From Takakia lepidozioides (Eukaryota; Plantae; Bryophyta), in assembly GCA_030704615.1 (NCBI GenBank), contig CM060732.1:31496001-31560000 (forward strand): 64,000 nt of DNA, written 5' to 3'. Positions 1 through 12,709 of this stretch are shown piece after piece. Position 1 is the first letter of the stretch. Each line of letters begins with the position of its first letter. The notes beneath the pieces are model-generated. The model was not told where the DNA came from and made no database searches. It saw only the letters and a program-made list of their open reading frames with translations. The position numbers and the translations under genes are program-made.

Positions 1-3000
1 AAGCCTAAGGAACCCGGCACCTTCGAGGGCATTCAAAATCGGAAGGCACTCAACACCTGGCTCCTGGAGCTAGAGCAGTACTTCCGGGCGGCCAAGTTGA
101 GTGACGAGGATCGGGTGGAAGTGGCTCCCACCTATTTGAGGGGCTATGCTCAACAATGGTGGCAGAAACGCCTTCACGATCGAGGCCCAAGCCCGGAAAC
201 CTTGAACTAGAGTGGGTTCAAGGAATTGATGAAGAGACAGTTTGTGCCCCTCAACGCGTCCTGGCTTGCCCGGGACAAGATGAGGAATTTGAAGCAAACA
301 GATGACATTCGGGGTATGTCCAGGCTTTCAATGTGCTGTTGCTCGAAGTCGCGGACATGGCAGAACCAGAAATGGTCTTCAACTTTGTGGCGGGACTGGC
401 CCCATGGGCCAGGCGGAAGTTGGAGGAGAAGCCACCCAAGACTTTGAACGAGGCAATTGAGAGGGCTCAATGTTCTCGGATGTCTCTAGGGGTGAGAGAC
501 AAGGCCGTATGGAACTGAACCACAAGAAGACCCGGCGGGAAGGTGACTCCTTCCGACCGGAAAAGAAGTGGGATAGGCCACGCGGCGATAATGGCACGTG
601 GAAATCAAAGGGAGGGCCTTCACACGTCAAGGCGGCACCCGGTGCTTCGAAAGGAAAAGCGGGTGGAGCGGCTTATGGCGGACAGAAGGCGACCTTTGAT
701 GGAGTGTGTTTCAAATGCGGGGAGCCCGGGCACATGGCCAAGAAGTGCACGAAGCCCTGGCAATTGAACATGACTCGGGCGACCACGGAGCTGTCGGAAG
801 ATACCATCAGTCGCTTGGTGGAAGCGGTGGTCGCCAGGACTTGCAAGGTAGGCAAATTTTCTTGTGAGTTGTATCAGGAAACTGACGCCTTACGAAAAGG
901 GAGTCAGTTATTGTTCGTGGATGGGATAATATCCGGAACTAATGTGTCGTTGTTGGTGGACACAGGAGCGTCGCACTCCTTCATGACACCGGCAACGGCA
1001 CAAAAGCTGGGACTCCCGACAAGTGACGTGGGGGCCTCTATTGAGGTGCGTTCTGCCAAAGGAGAGCCACAGTTGGCGACAAGGTTGGCGTTTGATGTTC
1101 CTCTTCAACTGGGGAGTTGGGAGGGATGTGAGAACTTCACCATCTGCGAGATCGATGGAGTAGATCTCATTTTGGGGATGACCTTTTTGAGCAAATCCGG
1201 AGCGGTCATAGATGGCCGCAAGAGAGTAGTCACGCTGCCATGTGGGAATGGTGGCGAGGTCTTACGAGTGTCGGAAACGCCCAAATCTGTGGGAGGGCGA
1301 ATAAACCTTCTGTCAGCAAGGGAGTGGGCCGTGGAGGAGGCACACGAACCCCAGTTTTTGCTTTACATTAGAGAAGTGAAGGGAGAAGGCGATGGGGAGC
1401 CGAGCCCAGATTGGATCAAGGGGATTTTGGGGAAATACCAGGATGTGATGCCGGAGGATTTACCAAGCGGCTTGCCACCGCGAAGAGGAGTTGACCACAA
1501 GATTGAGGTGATACCGGGAACGGAACCGCCTGCCAAGGCACCCTACCGGTTGAGCCACAGGGAGTTGGTCGAGCTGAAGACTCAGCTCAGGATCTAATGT
1601 CAAAGGGGTACATCCGGCCGAGTAAGTCACCTTACGGAGCCCCGGTGCTATTCGCAGACAAGAAGGATGGGACGCTGTGGATGTGTGTCGATTACAGGGC
1701 TCTGAATAAGGTGACTATCAAAAACCGGTACCCTTTGCCAAGGATCGACGACCTCTTCGATCGGTTGGCAGGAGCGAAGTATTTCAGCCGGATCGACTTG
1801 CGCTCCGGCTATCATCAAATTCGGGTGGCGGAAGGAGATGAGGAGAAGACCGCGTGCAGGACAAGGTATGGTTCATATGAGTTCTTGGTGATGCCTTTTG
1901 GGCTCACCAATGCACCAGCGACCTTTAGCACGCTGATGAACAGCCTTTTTCAGGAGTGGTTGGATGACTTTGTGATCGTGTACATCGACGACATCTTGGT
2001 GTACTCGAAAACAAAGGAGGAGCACCTGGAGCACCTCAAAAGGGTGTTCCAAAAGTTGCGGGAAGGGAAGCTGTACGCCAAAGCTTCAAGTGCGAATTCG
2101 GGGTCACGAAAGTGGAGTTCTTGGGGCATGTGATTACACAGGATGGGATCAAAATGGATGACAGAAAGGTGAGGGCGATCTTGGACTGGGAGCCTCCGAC
2201 TTCGGTCCCGGGAGTGCGATCCTTCCTAGGACTCGCCTCCTATTACCAGAAGTATGTGAGAAATTTCGCCAAGATCGCGGGGCCGCTGTCGGACCTTCTG
2301 TGTAAATCCAAAGTCTGGGTATGGAACACATTTTGTGGCCAAGCTTTTGCTGAATTGAAGCAGCGGATGGCGGAAGCTCCAGTCTTGAAAATCCCGGAGT
2401 TCGATCGTCCATTTGAGATTCATACAGATGCGTCGGACTTCGCGATTGGGGGTGTACTTATGCAAGATGGACGTCCAGTGGCTTACGAAAGTAAGAAACT
2501 GAATGAAGTGGAGCGATGGTGGCCTACGCACAAAAAAGAGATGAAGGCAGTGGTGCATTGCCTTGAGCTTTGGCGCCACTATGTTGGTTCCAACCCAATG
2601 AAGGTGTTCACGGACAATGTCACGGTGAAGTATTTTGCCACGCAGCCCAAGTTGTCCCCAAAACAACTTAGGTGGCAAGATACTTTGGCGGTGTTCGACG
2701 TGGATATCCAGTACAAACCGGGACGAGACAACGTGGTGGCCGATGCTTTAAGTAGAAAGCAGCAGCTCTTGTTGGTGTACAAGGGCGAGACGGCACTCCA
2801 AAGGAAGATCCGAAAGGCTTGCCGGAAGGATGAGCTGGCGAAGTCCGTGATGCAGGACTTGAGGATGGGGGTTAAATCGCAGTTCCACTTGCAAAATGGA
2901 CTGCTCCGGTATAAGCAAAAACGTCTCTACGTGCCAAAGGGAGGGATCAGAGATAGCCTCTTGAGAGAATGCCATGATAGCCTGCTTGCGGGCCACGGCG

Positions 3001-4248
3001 GAGCCAAGCGCACTGCGGCACTCTTGAAGAAAGAGTATTTCTGGCCCAAACTGAGGGAGGAGGCAGAGGAGTATGTCAAGACATGCACCACATGCCAACA
3101 AAACCGGAGCGAGTACAAAAAGCAAGCGGGGCTGTTACAACCCTTGCCGATTCCAGAGGGGACTTGGGAAAGCGTCTCGATGGATTTCATGACTGCTATG
3201 CCGCTGTCAAAAGGATTCGATGCAATCATGGTGGTGGTGGATAGGTTCAGTAAAATGGGCCATTTCATCCCCACCAAGGAGACGGCAACGGCGCAGGAGA
3301 CAGGGCGACTTTACTTCGCCCACGTCTTAAAGCATCATGGAGTCCCTAAGGATATTGTCTCGGATCGCGATCCAAAGTTTACGAGTAAATTTTGGAGGAC
3401 ACTTTGGAAGAAGATGGGGGACGAGGCTGAAGATGAGCACCGCCTTCCGACCTACGACCGACGGCCAAACAGAAAGGGTGAATTCTGTAGTGAAGCAGAT
3501 CTTGCGGAATTACGTGTCGGCAGACCAAATAGACTGGGTGGAACACTTAGACGCGGCAGAGTTCTGTTATAATAACACAGAACACTCCGCAACGGGAGTT
3601 TCCCCTTTCGTATTGGTCTATGGAAAAGCACCTATGGTGCCGACAAGTTGGGCCGCCCAGGACGTTGAGGAACCGGCAGTAGCGGCGGTACTGGAAGAAC
3701 GCGAGCGTTTGTTGAAGCTCGCAAAGTACAATATTGCCAAAGCTAGGAAACGGTATGAAAGGCAGGCGAATCGGAAGCGGAGGGAAGTGAAGTTTGAGGC
3801 AGGCACAGAGGTCTGGTTGAACATCAAGAATTTCCGACTACCTCCGGAAGTGAGTCCGAAGTTCGTACCTCCGTATGCGGGACCCTTTCGCATTCGGAAG
3901 GTTATGAATGAGGATGTGTATGAATTGGAGCTGCCGGCAAACAGCAAGGTGCACCCAGTATTCCATGTCTCCCTTTTGAAGCCTTACTTCAAAGATGAAG
4001 CGCGTCCGAATCGGCATCAAGTGTTGCGTCCGCCACCTATGCTGTTGGATCATGAAAATGAACCTGAGTACGAGGTGGAGGCAATACTTAAGTCGAGGAG
4101 GTTCAAGAACCAAGAAACGGAGTATCTCGTCAAATGGAAGGGCTATCATCATGTGGAGGCATCTTGGGTGCGTGCCTCAGAAATGGGAAACGCATCCGAG
4201 GCGGTTGCAGCTTTCGAAGGGCGACCTCAAAAGCGGAAGAAACGTTGA
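1..4248 (+). pseudogene. Ty3/gypsy chromovirus gag-pol (gag, CCHC knuckle, protease, RT, RNase H, integrase, chromodomain); frameshifted, 5' end outside window
   Basis: CFKCGEPGHMAKKC knuckle; LVDTGASHSF protease; YPLPRIDDL and [10 protein letters not shown]; TDASDFAIG RNase H; HDSLLAGH...CTTCQ and SMDF integrase; GPF motif; YEVEAILKSR...YLVKWKGY...SW chromodomain. Split across ORFs 470-1597, 1597-2133, 2112-3572 and 3337-4248. Confidence 0.96.
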
Positions 4249-4271
4249 TGGGGACATCAACCTTGGAGCGT

Positions 4272-5925
4272 GGGGGAGGAAATGCATGCTTAGCCCGGCT
4301 TAGCTAGCTTAGGAATCCGATTACAAAAACTTGTATTGTACAAAAATTTGTTATAAAGGAAATGGGTTCCAAATGTTGTGCGTCCTATTTTGTTTGGAAT
4401 GGTGATGCATGGTATGGTTGACTAGTGTGTAGAATGCATGCTAGCTTATAAAAGTGGGAGAGGTAAATTGGGTAATCGTGTGTTTGCGTAGTGCCGAAAT
4501 CGGGTGACCCCCATCCAAGGGGCAAGGAAACTTGCGACTTCTTTGGGAGTTCACGTGCTAGTGTGCACCTGGCGCGTGCGCGTACTATAACTGCGCTACC
4601 GAGGGGGTTGCCTTGTAGTACGGGCTAACGCGGAAGCTACGTGCTTCCGTTCACGTACTATAATCGTGTAGCCTCGGGACGAAGTCGTAGTGCGGCTTCG
4701 GCGTGTACCCGTACCTCAGGCCAGCATTCCAAGGCGGACCCAATTGTAGTGATTGGGGCGCACAGTTGGTTCAAGGTTATCTTCCTAGTCAAAGAGGGTT
4801 CCAGGGAACCCTTGCTCAAGGTGATGCCAAAAGCGGCATCATGAGCGATCGCAAGCAATGTTGTTGCAGTAAGGCGATTCGATCCTCGGGGAGGATCGTT
4901 CCTTGGCTTTGAAGTAGGCCAAGAAGAGTGCACTGGGAGGAGCTGGAGAGGCTCCACCCTTGGCCGGGACTTGGAGGAAGTCGGCCGAACTAGCTAGTGG
5001 AGAGTAGAGTCAAGTGTGGGGTTTGGTTCTTTGCCATGGGACGCCATGGTGCGGAAACAAACTCCTTGATGTGGGACGCCACAACTTGGATGTTCGTTTC
5101 TACAAAATGGACAAGTCGATGAGGACATCGACTCCCTGTTGGTAGGGGTGTGTGTCGCGGCCCTTTGCCTTGAGGGCAGGGGGTCGGGATACATGAGGGC
5201 TGCCCCTGTAGTGGGGGCATCGGCAGCGAGAGGTATGGGGGGCTGAAGCACCCTTGAGTGCCCAAGGCACTCAAGGAGGCGGAGGCACTCACTAGGTGGA
5301 GCCCTGCACACCGGGTTGCGGTGGGGGTGGCTCCACAAGGGGTGGTGGTAGCTTAGCGGGACTTAGTGGGGGTGGCATAGGACTCACCATGGGGGCGGAG
5401 ACCTCGTGGTGGGAGTCGTGGGGAGCCTTGGGACTCATCACGGTCCATAGGGGCCGTGATGAGTGGGCCAAGACTCACCGCGACTCATCACCGGGAGTCG
5501 AGGGTTTTCGTGGTGGTTCGCCATAAAATGGCATGGCTGGTTATGAAACCCCGCGGACAGCTACAGAAGTATATATAGGGAGTAGTAACCCCGAGAACGG
5601 TGCAAGCCCGTTGGTGACCAAAAACTAGTGAGTAAGCGAACGAGCCGGAAAGCGACCAAAGAGTGGGGAGCTGTTCCGGACTGCCATCTACCAAAGGGAA
5701 TTCTCCTAGTCCCAAATAGGTGGAGGGTTTAGAGGGAAGCGAAGGGGGACCGTTATGTCCCGGTGAGCAGCCGAAGCTCCAAGTTGGCCCGGGCGGCCAG
5801 GTTGGGAGTCAGGCGCGCGCATCAAAGCAAGTAACTATGACTTGAAGGGGAGCTTACCGAAGTGAGGTGCGCGACACACACGGGCAACGCGGCGGAGCCC
5901 TCGGGACCGCACGACGTCTGTGCAC
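4272..5925 (+). mobile_element. Polypurine tract and probable 3' LTR of the chromovirus (right boundary uncertain)
   Basis: GGGGGAGGAAA (4272-4282) follows the pol stop and is followed by TG at 4283. The partner LTR is not in the window, so the end cannot be fixed. Confidence 0.55.
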
Positions 5926-5949
5926 TTAGTGAAAATGACGTACGATGAT

Positions 5950-6530
5950 GGAGTTACACGTGAGGTTTGATGTCACCAAATCGTGTAACCCAGGTTTGAA
6001 TTGAAAATGTCTGACATCTCTCGGAGCCCGCCAAATTTTCCCACCACCATGGGTTTACACGAAGTAGGGTTACATGCGTTGGGGATATAGGCCGATCCGG
6101 GGTGACACAATATAGGGGTGACACGATAGGGGGTTACACGTCGGGGATTATAGAGGGGCCCATCTCCCGACACCCCATGTAACCCCATGAAGGTCAGCCC
6201 CTATAACCCGGGTTACAGGTGGAGGGTTACATCCGGTTTTGGGTGGGGGTTACATGTCGGGGTTACACAGATTCAACACATGGGGTTACAATGTGAGGGT
6301 TACATGGGGCGGGATTACAGAGGGTGACTCAGCACATGGGGGAGGGTTACACAAGAGGGTTACAAAAGGATGGGGTTACATGAGGCGGGCAAACCTGCAT
6401 GGGGTTACATGGGATGTGTGTTACTGGGAAGGGTTACTGGGAAGGTTACATAGAGGTGAGGGTTACCTAATGCGAGGTTACATGGGGGGGGGGGGGGGGG
6501 GGGGGGGTTACATGGGAGGGTTACCCGAGG
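5950..6530. repeat. Degenerate GGGTTACA/TGTAACCC motif cluster with a poly-G tract
   Basis: Many copies of (G)GGGTTAC(A), mostly on +, a few inverted (TGTAACCC near 5984 and 6178). Related motifs recur at about 10182-10565. Confidence 0.75.
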
Positions 6531-6799
6531 CGGAGTAATTCACCCGCCTTCATTTATGGGCCATAAGACCTACAGGACGATCAACGTCAAGACATACCGT
6601 CTCGAACAATCCCACACATGGGATAAGGGCAGTGGGTTTGAACCCCAAACCACAAGGGCGACACATTGTGCACTTACCAGCCGATGTGATTTTTTTTAAA
6701 TCTTTGTTTTTTTGGGTTTTTAATTCATTCTAGTGGTAAGAATCTCCGTTTTTTTAAGATATAAATACTCATATATTATATATATAACCAGAAAAGCAT

Positions 6800-7142
6800 G
6801 TGTCGACACGTGTAGTCATGTAGTGATTCATCCATGTGATGATCTGGCATAATGCATTAGAGTGAGAGTCATGAAGTCATATGTCTGTCTTGCAATATGC
6901 ACACGTCATTCTAGTGTAGCCATGACCGTGACTGGTAGTCATATCTGCCATGCCAATATTCGTGGTCAAACATGTTTGACCTGTGTTGCGCAGAGTCCGA
7001 AGCCATGCAGTCGCATATACGCCTTTTCCAGACCTGCATTATGACTTCAAAAGCATTTTACGACTGCAAATGGCATTTCTGCCACTAATCTGTCATGACT
7101 GCGCACCCATGGGAGTCATAAAAGCCGCAATCTGTTGTAGTG
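6800..7142. mobile_element. CACTA-type transposon terminus
   Basis: Ends in CCGCAATCTGTTGTAGTG (reverse complement CACTACA...), preceded by GTCAT/ATGAC subterminal repeats; near-identical terminus at 59938-59955. Confidence 0.65.
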
Positions 7143-7530
7143 CAACCTGCTAACTTCCAGAAATCAACATGTAGTTGACAGGGCTGAGTTTGATGAGAGG
7201 GCAAAACAAGCTGCAATATGTCAAAGAAGAAGGTGCCCTCACAACCACCCAACCTGCTAACTTGCAGAATTCAACATGCATTCAGGGCCGAGTCTCATGA
7301 CAGGGCAAAACAGGCGGCAATAGGTAGAAGAAAAATGTGCCCTCACCACCACCCAGCCAGCTACCTTATAGAATTCAACATGCATTCAGGGTCGAGTCTG
7401 ATGATAGGGCAAAACAAGCTGCAATACGACAAGGAAAAAGGTACCACCACCCAATTAGCTAACTTACGGAATTCAACATGCACCGGCAGGCTCACTCTGA
7501 TGACAGGGCAAGACAGGCTTTGTCAAGTTA
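7143..7530. repeat. About 110-bp degenerate tandem repeat, about 4 copies; partial copy at about 9435-9475
   Basis: Recurring AACCTGCTAACTT...AATTCAACATGCATTCAGGGCCGAGTCT.ATGA.AGGGCAAAACA. Confidence 0.7.
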
Positions 7531-7639
7531 AATAAAAACAGTGTGAAACTAACTAGAATAAATATAGTTATTTGTATTTAACACTTGGAATTAGTTCAAG
7601 TGTTAAGTCAGGTGTCAAGTTTAGCTTGACACCTGAACC

Positions 7640-7885
7640 ATTTTATCTTCACGAGCTCGTCAGTCGTGCGGCTCATCTCTCTTGAGTTGAGCCTGCACGG
7701 CCGAACTCCATCACTGCTTAGAATCTGAGTGTACTTATGAAGGGAGAATATGATGTTGTGGGGTGGAGTCCCCATAGCTTGAGGTGCCCCTGGCTCGACT
7801 CTTAGTTTAACGAGTGATGGTGTTGCATTTCATGTTTCTGTGTCAACAATGTGAGATTTATGTCAATCACTCGAGAGAGATTGAG
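7640..7885. repeat. Dispersed MITE-like repeat (second copy 13445-13672)
   Basis: Shares TTATCTTCACG...GCTCATCTYTCTYGAGTTGAGCCT and TCACTCGAGA.A.A..GAG with 13445-13672; the two motifs form an imperfect inverted repeat. Confidence 0.55.
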
Positions 7886-8364
7886 TACTGCATGATGGTG
7901 GGGCAGTGGTATATCCCATGGGCTTCACCCTGGATTTTTGGGAGGAGTCAGCATCCTACAGGCCTGGATGGCAGTCAGGGGATGGTCGTCGTGTATAGCT
8001 CCCTGTGACATTCATTGGGGGTGTTGCTGCTGCCCAGCGGGGCAAGATGCCAACACTAGCAGCCTTCACAGCTACAGTTAGTTGGCCTGGAGAGTTGCTG
8101 GAGGGCAACGCCCATGCAAATGATGTGCCACCTCCAGCAGAGCAGGATGACATGCATAGTACGGCGGAGTTGTCTGCCATGGTTGCTCATACTCCATTGT
8201 GGGGTACGAGCAAGGATTTGCAGCAGGCTGTTGATAGACGGGTGCAACAAGCCTGGGTAGAGGCCTTCGTATCATCAGGAGAGGAAGAGAATGCGGTGAT
8301 TGCACCAGGACCACCTCAGTTGTCGTCATTGGACACCACACCGCTTGTATGGCAATGCCCGGAT

Positions 8365-8658
8365 GAAGGCATATGCCTTCTAGACTAGTTTGGCGGGATC
8401 AGCACTGGATTGGCTGCAGTGTTGCAGGCAGGTGTACGAGTTTGACGTTACCTGTATGTGGAGAGGGATAAGACTGCACGATGCGTCTCACTGCGCCATG
8501 TTGCTCAGTTGGTGCAGCAGTACCCTGATTTGTTGCCAGTGTCTGCAGTTCGTGGATATCAACAGGCATTGCCAGCAGACATCTCTTTGCTGGGGGCGCA
8601 TGATTTGGAGCGGATTGACCCTATTCACTTGGTAGTGGCAGGTTGGCCCTGCCAAGGA
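8365..8658 (+). pseudogene. Cytosine-5 DNA methyltransferase fragment (motifs I-IV), two in-frame stops, truncated after PCQG
   Basis: One frame reads EGICLLD*FGGISTGLAAVLQAGVRV*RYLYVERDKTAR...PADISLL...IHLVVAGWPCQG. This matches motif I (FxGxG-like), motif II (E-x-D), motif III (DI) and catalytic motif IV (PCQ). Confidence 0.85.
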
Positions 8659-8950
8659 AGTCATCTAGTTCGATTGTGCCCACCGCTCCAGAGTACCTAC
8701 GAGGCCCCTTGGTAGCTCCATACATCTCCTCCATGTCGTCCCACAATAATGGTGAAGAAAACTGCACACCTGTTGATGAAGCCTCCGGGTCTATGTCAGA
8801 CTCTACAGTAGTTGAGGGTAGAGGTGAAGGTGGTCTGAATCGAATACCTTGTCTTGTGAACCCACTCTCACTGCTACTGCCTGTAGCCGTACTCCCCTCA
8901 GAACCCTTTGGTAACTCCGTGATGACACTCACAACGTGCACCTCCCCCAC
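8655..8950 (-). pseudogene. Possible retrotransposon gag N-terminal fragment
   Basis: ...PRRYSGAVGTIELDDFL resembles the start of gag capsid domains; abuts the methyltransferase fragment. Confidence 0.35.
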
Positions 8951-9589
8951 GTGACACTATAAGGCTCTAGTACTAATTCTAATAGTGACACGGGTGGGCA
9001 CTTGTTGCAGTTTAAGGGTCATATTCCAGTGGCTCAAGGCACCTGCACCTGCATCCACCGCAAGAACTCCTATGGTTGGCTGGTCATCAACCCAGTCTCA
9101 CCATAGAAGAAACACTGGTGGTCTTGCTGGTCATCACTCCAGCCTCACCACCGACAACATACTCTAGGATTGACCGGTGATCAAATCCGGCCTAATCCCT
9201 ATGAAAGCAAGCGCCCACACAAAATCAACATGGCGCACAGTCAAGCATGCAGGTGTTGGGGGGGATCCAAACACAAGAAATCAAAACATCGACACCCCCA
9301 CACCAAAATCCATCTGCAGTGCTGCTCCTGCAGAATATCCCAGCCCAAAAAAGACCCCGGATTGACTGGCCTCCACCAAGAGAGGTTTTGGCAACTACAA
9401 GTACAAAATGTACACTACCCATTCCAAAATACCCTCCCTCATGCATTCAGGGCCGAGTCTGATGAGAGGGTAAAGTAGACTGAATTTAAACTCAGTGGGG
9501 TTAAGTCTATCTGTACCCACTGTTGTAATTGAAAAACCCATGACAAAACCAAGCTGCGTTGCAGCTGACTCCCTCCCTCTCCCTGAAAA

Positions 9590-10060
9590 TCTAAACTGTC
9601 CGGGGTTTTCTAAGTAGACAGCATGTACATCTTGCTTTCCAGAAGTTCCATAATGTATGCGCTCTAAGGGTGGCCCAGATAGGGCAATTGCTTTGCGGAT
9701 GGCCAGGCAAGCAATTTAGAAGTAGGAGGGAAGGGGGCGAAGGAACAGGGAAGGTGTTCCAGTGAGCGTAGAAGCTCAAAATCGCCCTTAACCCTGCTAG
9801 TGAGAGCACATGAGGTCAGACAGTGTTCAATAGATTCTAGGTCCAATTGGCAGATAGGGCAGGATAGGGAATCCTGGTCTGTTGCTTGTCTCACTGGTAG
9901 TACCCTATGTGCAAGCTTCCATAGAAAAGTCGAGAATCTCGCCGCCCGATCTTTCCTCCAGATATCTTTCCAAATTGAGTTGCACTGCCTGATGCATTGT
10001 TTCTTGCCTACCAGAGCCTCACATTTGGTGGTGGCTTTCTATGAGAAGTGGAACTCCGTC
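9590..10060 (-). pseudogene. L1/Tx1-like LINE ORF2 C-terminal fragment (zf-RVT)
   Basis: TFLWKLAHRVLPV...SCPICQLDLESIEHCLTSC...LWNFWKARC. Confidence 0.8.
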
Positions 10061-10808
10061 CCTGCTTTATCTCCCCATCTTTTGTTTTTAAACATGCATA
10101 ATGGTTCTTTGTGGAGCCCCTGTCTGTTGATCTGGGTTTGCCTTTGTGCCTACTGTATAGGACACTGCCAGATGCACGAGCCCGGGTTACATGCATTGGG
10201 TTATAGTACTGGGAGTTACACTGCTGATGGATTGGGTGACATTCGTCAATGTGTATGTTGTATGCGTGCAGGGAATCGTTTGGGGACGTCGCAATATTTC
10301 TGTGTTTATGACATGTTTGTCGCGCATGTCTGAAACATTCCTGGGTAAGATGCCTGATCCATACACTCGCAATGTTGTTTTGAAGCAGCTTGGGGAAATC
10401 ATGTACGGCGCCATTAACGCATGCGTGGGAGTCACCCCTGGAGCGACTGGAAGATTTGCATTTTTCCTATCCACATGCGCGTGAGTTCCTACATTACATC
10501 GAAACGGAATGGGTCCCAAATTAACTGAGCATATGGATCACATGTTACATGGGGCGTGGGTTACAAGGAAGATGAGGTTAGAGGGAACCGGCGGATTGGT
10601 GTTGGAAGATGACGACGCCGATGGGATGAGAGCGGGGGTGGGGAGGGCTTGACCGAGCCCCACCGGTTGGCTGCCGAAGGCCTCAAACTGGCGGTACGGG
10701 GTGTTAGGCCGGGACCGTCCTGACGCGCTCGCAATAAGTTCTTCCATTATTCCTATTATCTTCCTATATTATATGGTTATGATAAACCATAATTCAGCTT
10801 TGGATCTA

Positions 10809-11518
10809 CCGTAATGGAAGGGCGGTTTAGGCACTTGAGTGCCTAATAATTATTAAATCTGGAATATTCTCTTTAGGCACTTTAAAAAAGAATTTATATA
10901 CATGAGGCACATGTCATCCATGGTTTCTCATGTTTAGGCACCTTTCATCTTAAGGAACTCTCTCCTTTCATCCCCTCCCTCTTCTTTCCCAAGACAAACC
11001 CTAGTGTCCTTCGCAACTGTGCTCTCTCTTTAGAGAGCACATTACACGGTACAGACGCAGATGTGGAGATGGCTAACAGTGGAGGAGCTCAGCCAACGTC
11101 AGGCGCAACTTTTAGCCCGCAGGCTAAACCCTGGCCCAAACACACTCACCACTCTCACTCTCACACTCACTCACACACTCACCACACTCAGATGTACCTA
11201 ACTTGAATGGTGATCACGAATTAAATGATGAACATTTGCAGGATGTTCGGGACTCATTGGAAGGTCATATGGAGGTTATATGGACCTAGGGAATTGACCT
11301 ATATTTTTTGAATATTTATGGAGTTTTTTTTTGTTTTTTTTGTTTTTTTTGTTTTTTTGCATTCAATGGAAATTATATAGAGTTTAGAGAATATTTATGG
11401 AATTAAGCACTTTCATATTATTTTTCCAGCCTTTTAGGCATAAATATTGGAAAATCACATTTTTATTAGGTATTTTTTTATTAAAAACAAATGTGCCTAC
11501 TCTGCCCTTCCACTATGG
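10809..11518. mobile_element. Non-autonomous TIR element (Tc1/mariner-type MITE), TA target-site duplication
   Basis: TA|CCGTAATGGAAGGGCGGTTTAGGCAC at left and GTGCCTACTCTGCCCTTCCACTATGG|TA at right are imperfect inverted repeats, each flanked by TA. Confidence 0.75.
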
Positions 11519-12709
11519 TAGATATTATGCCGGTGCCCCCTCCTGATTTTAAAGGAGTTGCCGCCCCAGGGATCGAGCACTAAACTAAGCAGAAGATTCA
11601 AAAATATCGTGGTGACAAATTAATGAAACCCAAGGTTCCGTGGGCAGCAATTTGAAGGCGATAAACTGCATGCCGCATCCTTGGAGCCAAATAGATTCAG
11701 CCGAGATAAATTGGATAGTGCAGGTGTCACGGGCTAGGAGAGGATCTCAGTAGGGTCAAGCTTGTGCTTTTGCTCCCATCGGACAAGAGAACCAAATTTC
11801 TTTGCAGCCATCAAATGAGGCCCCTCAACCTTCTCCCTCTGCCTGATACTGATTAAGCTTCACTTGAGGAAAATATGAGGGATTGGGTCTACTCAAACAT
11901 CTCTAAAATTAGCCAAAATGAAACATTGACTATCCCCCTTCCAACTGTTGTAGTCCATTTTGAACTATGGAGAAAACCCAAAAAAAACCAATACTCATTA
12001 AGTGTTATATATCACCTAGAATGATTTCTTCAAGTTTGCCTGCAATCAACCAAGTGATCAAGCTTAATAATCTAGTTGATATGATACTTAGTCAACTTAA
12101 GCCTTACTCACCATGATATTCTTAACCACCAACTGGTTACAAAGCTAGGCAGCCTCTCCCTTCCCATTCCCAAACAACACCCAAGTTAGAGACTTCAATC
12201 TCCTCTCATAACTCACACCACAGATAGACATTGGGAACAAAGCACAAAGACACCGGTGTGAGAGGCTTCAGCTCCTATAACCATCTAGACTCTACCGTAC
12301 ATTACAATGGAATTAATGGAGAGAGTATGGGACTCTTCACCTGGGAAGACACGTAATTCAGCATGACAGATATAGCTCAAGCCATTAACCAGCCGAGATC
12401 AGGCTCAAGTTTGAAGATGATATGATTTTACGACAAGCTTGCTGCACTACAATTAATATAAACAACAGAATCTTGTCAAACATCAGAAAATCAAATCTAG
12501 TCAAAATTGATTGAACAATCATAAGGGTTTTATTACTAGGCCTTTGGACATATGAAAGACAACTTTCTCTGAAACAAATTCATCTAGATCAGAGTGCCTC
12601 GCTTGTAATATCAGTGCAATAACGTTTTTGAAGGACCGTACCTAACATCACTTGGTTGTGTTTAGACAAAGCACCAATATCCTACCACGGGGCTAGGTAG
12701 CCCCTTCTA

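Noticed and set aside
5950-6530. Interstitial telomere array
   Set aside because: The motif is GGGTTAC(A) with irregular spacing, not tandem TTTAGGG or TTAGGG.
6620-6690. tRNA/SINE-like B-box (GGGTTTGAACCCC)
   Set aside because: No convincing cloverleaf or A-box; too degenerate to call.
10187-10519. NVGTHAHVDRKN resembling a TET/JBP HxD motif
   Set aside because: No downstream H...R motifs or other support; probably chance.
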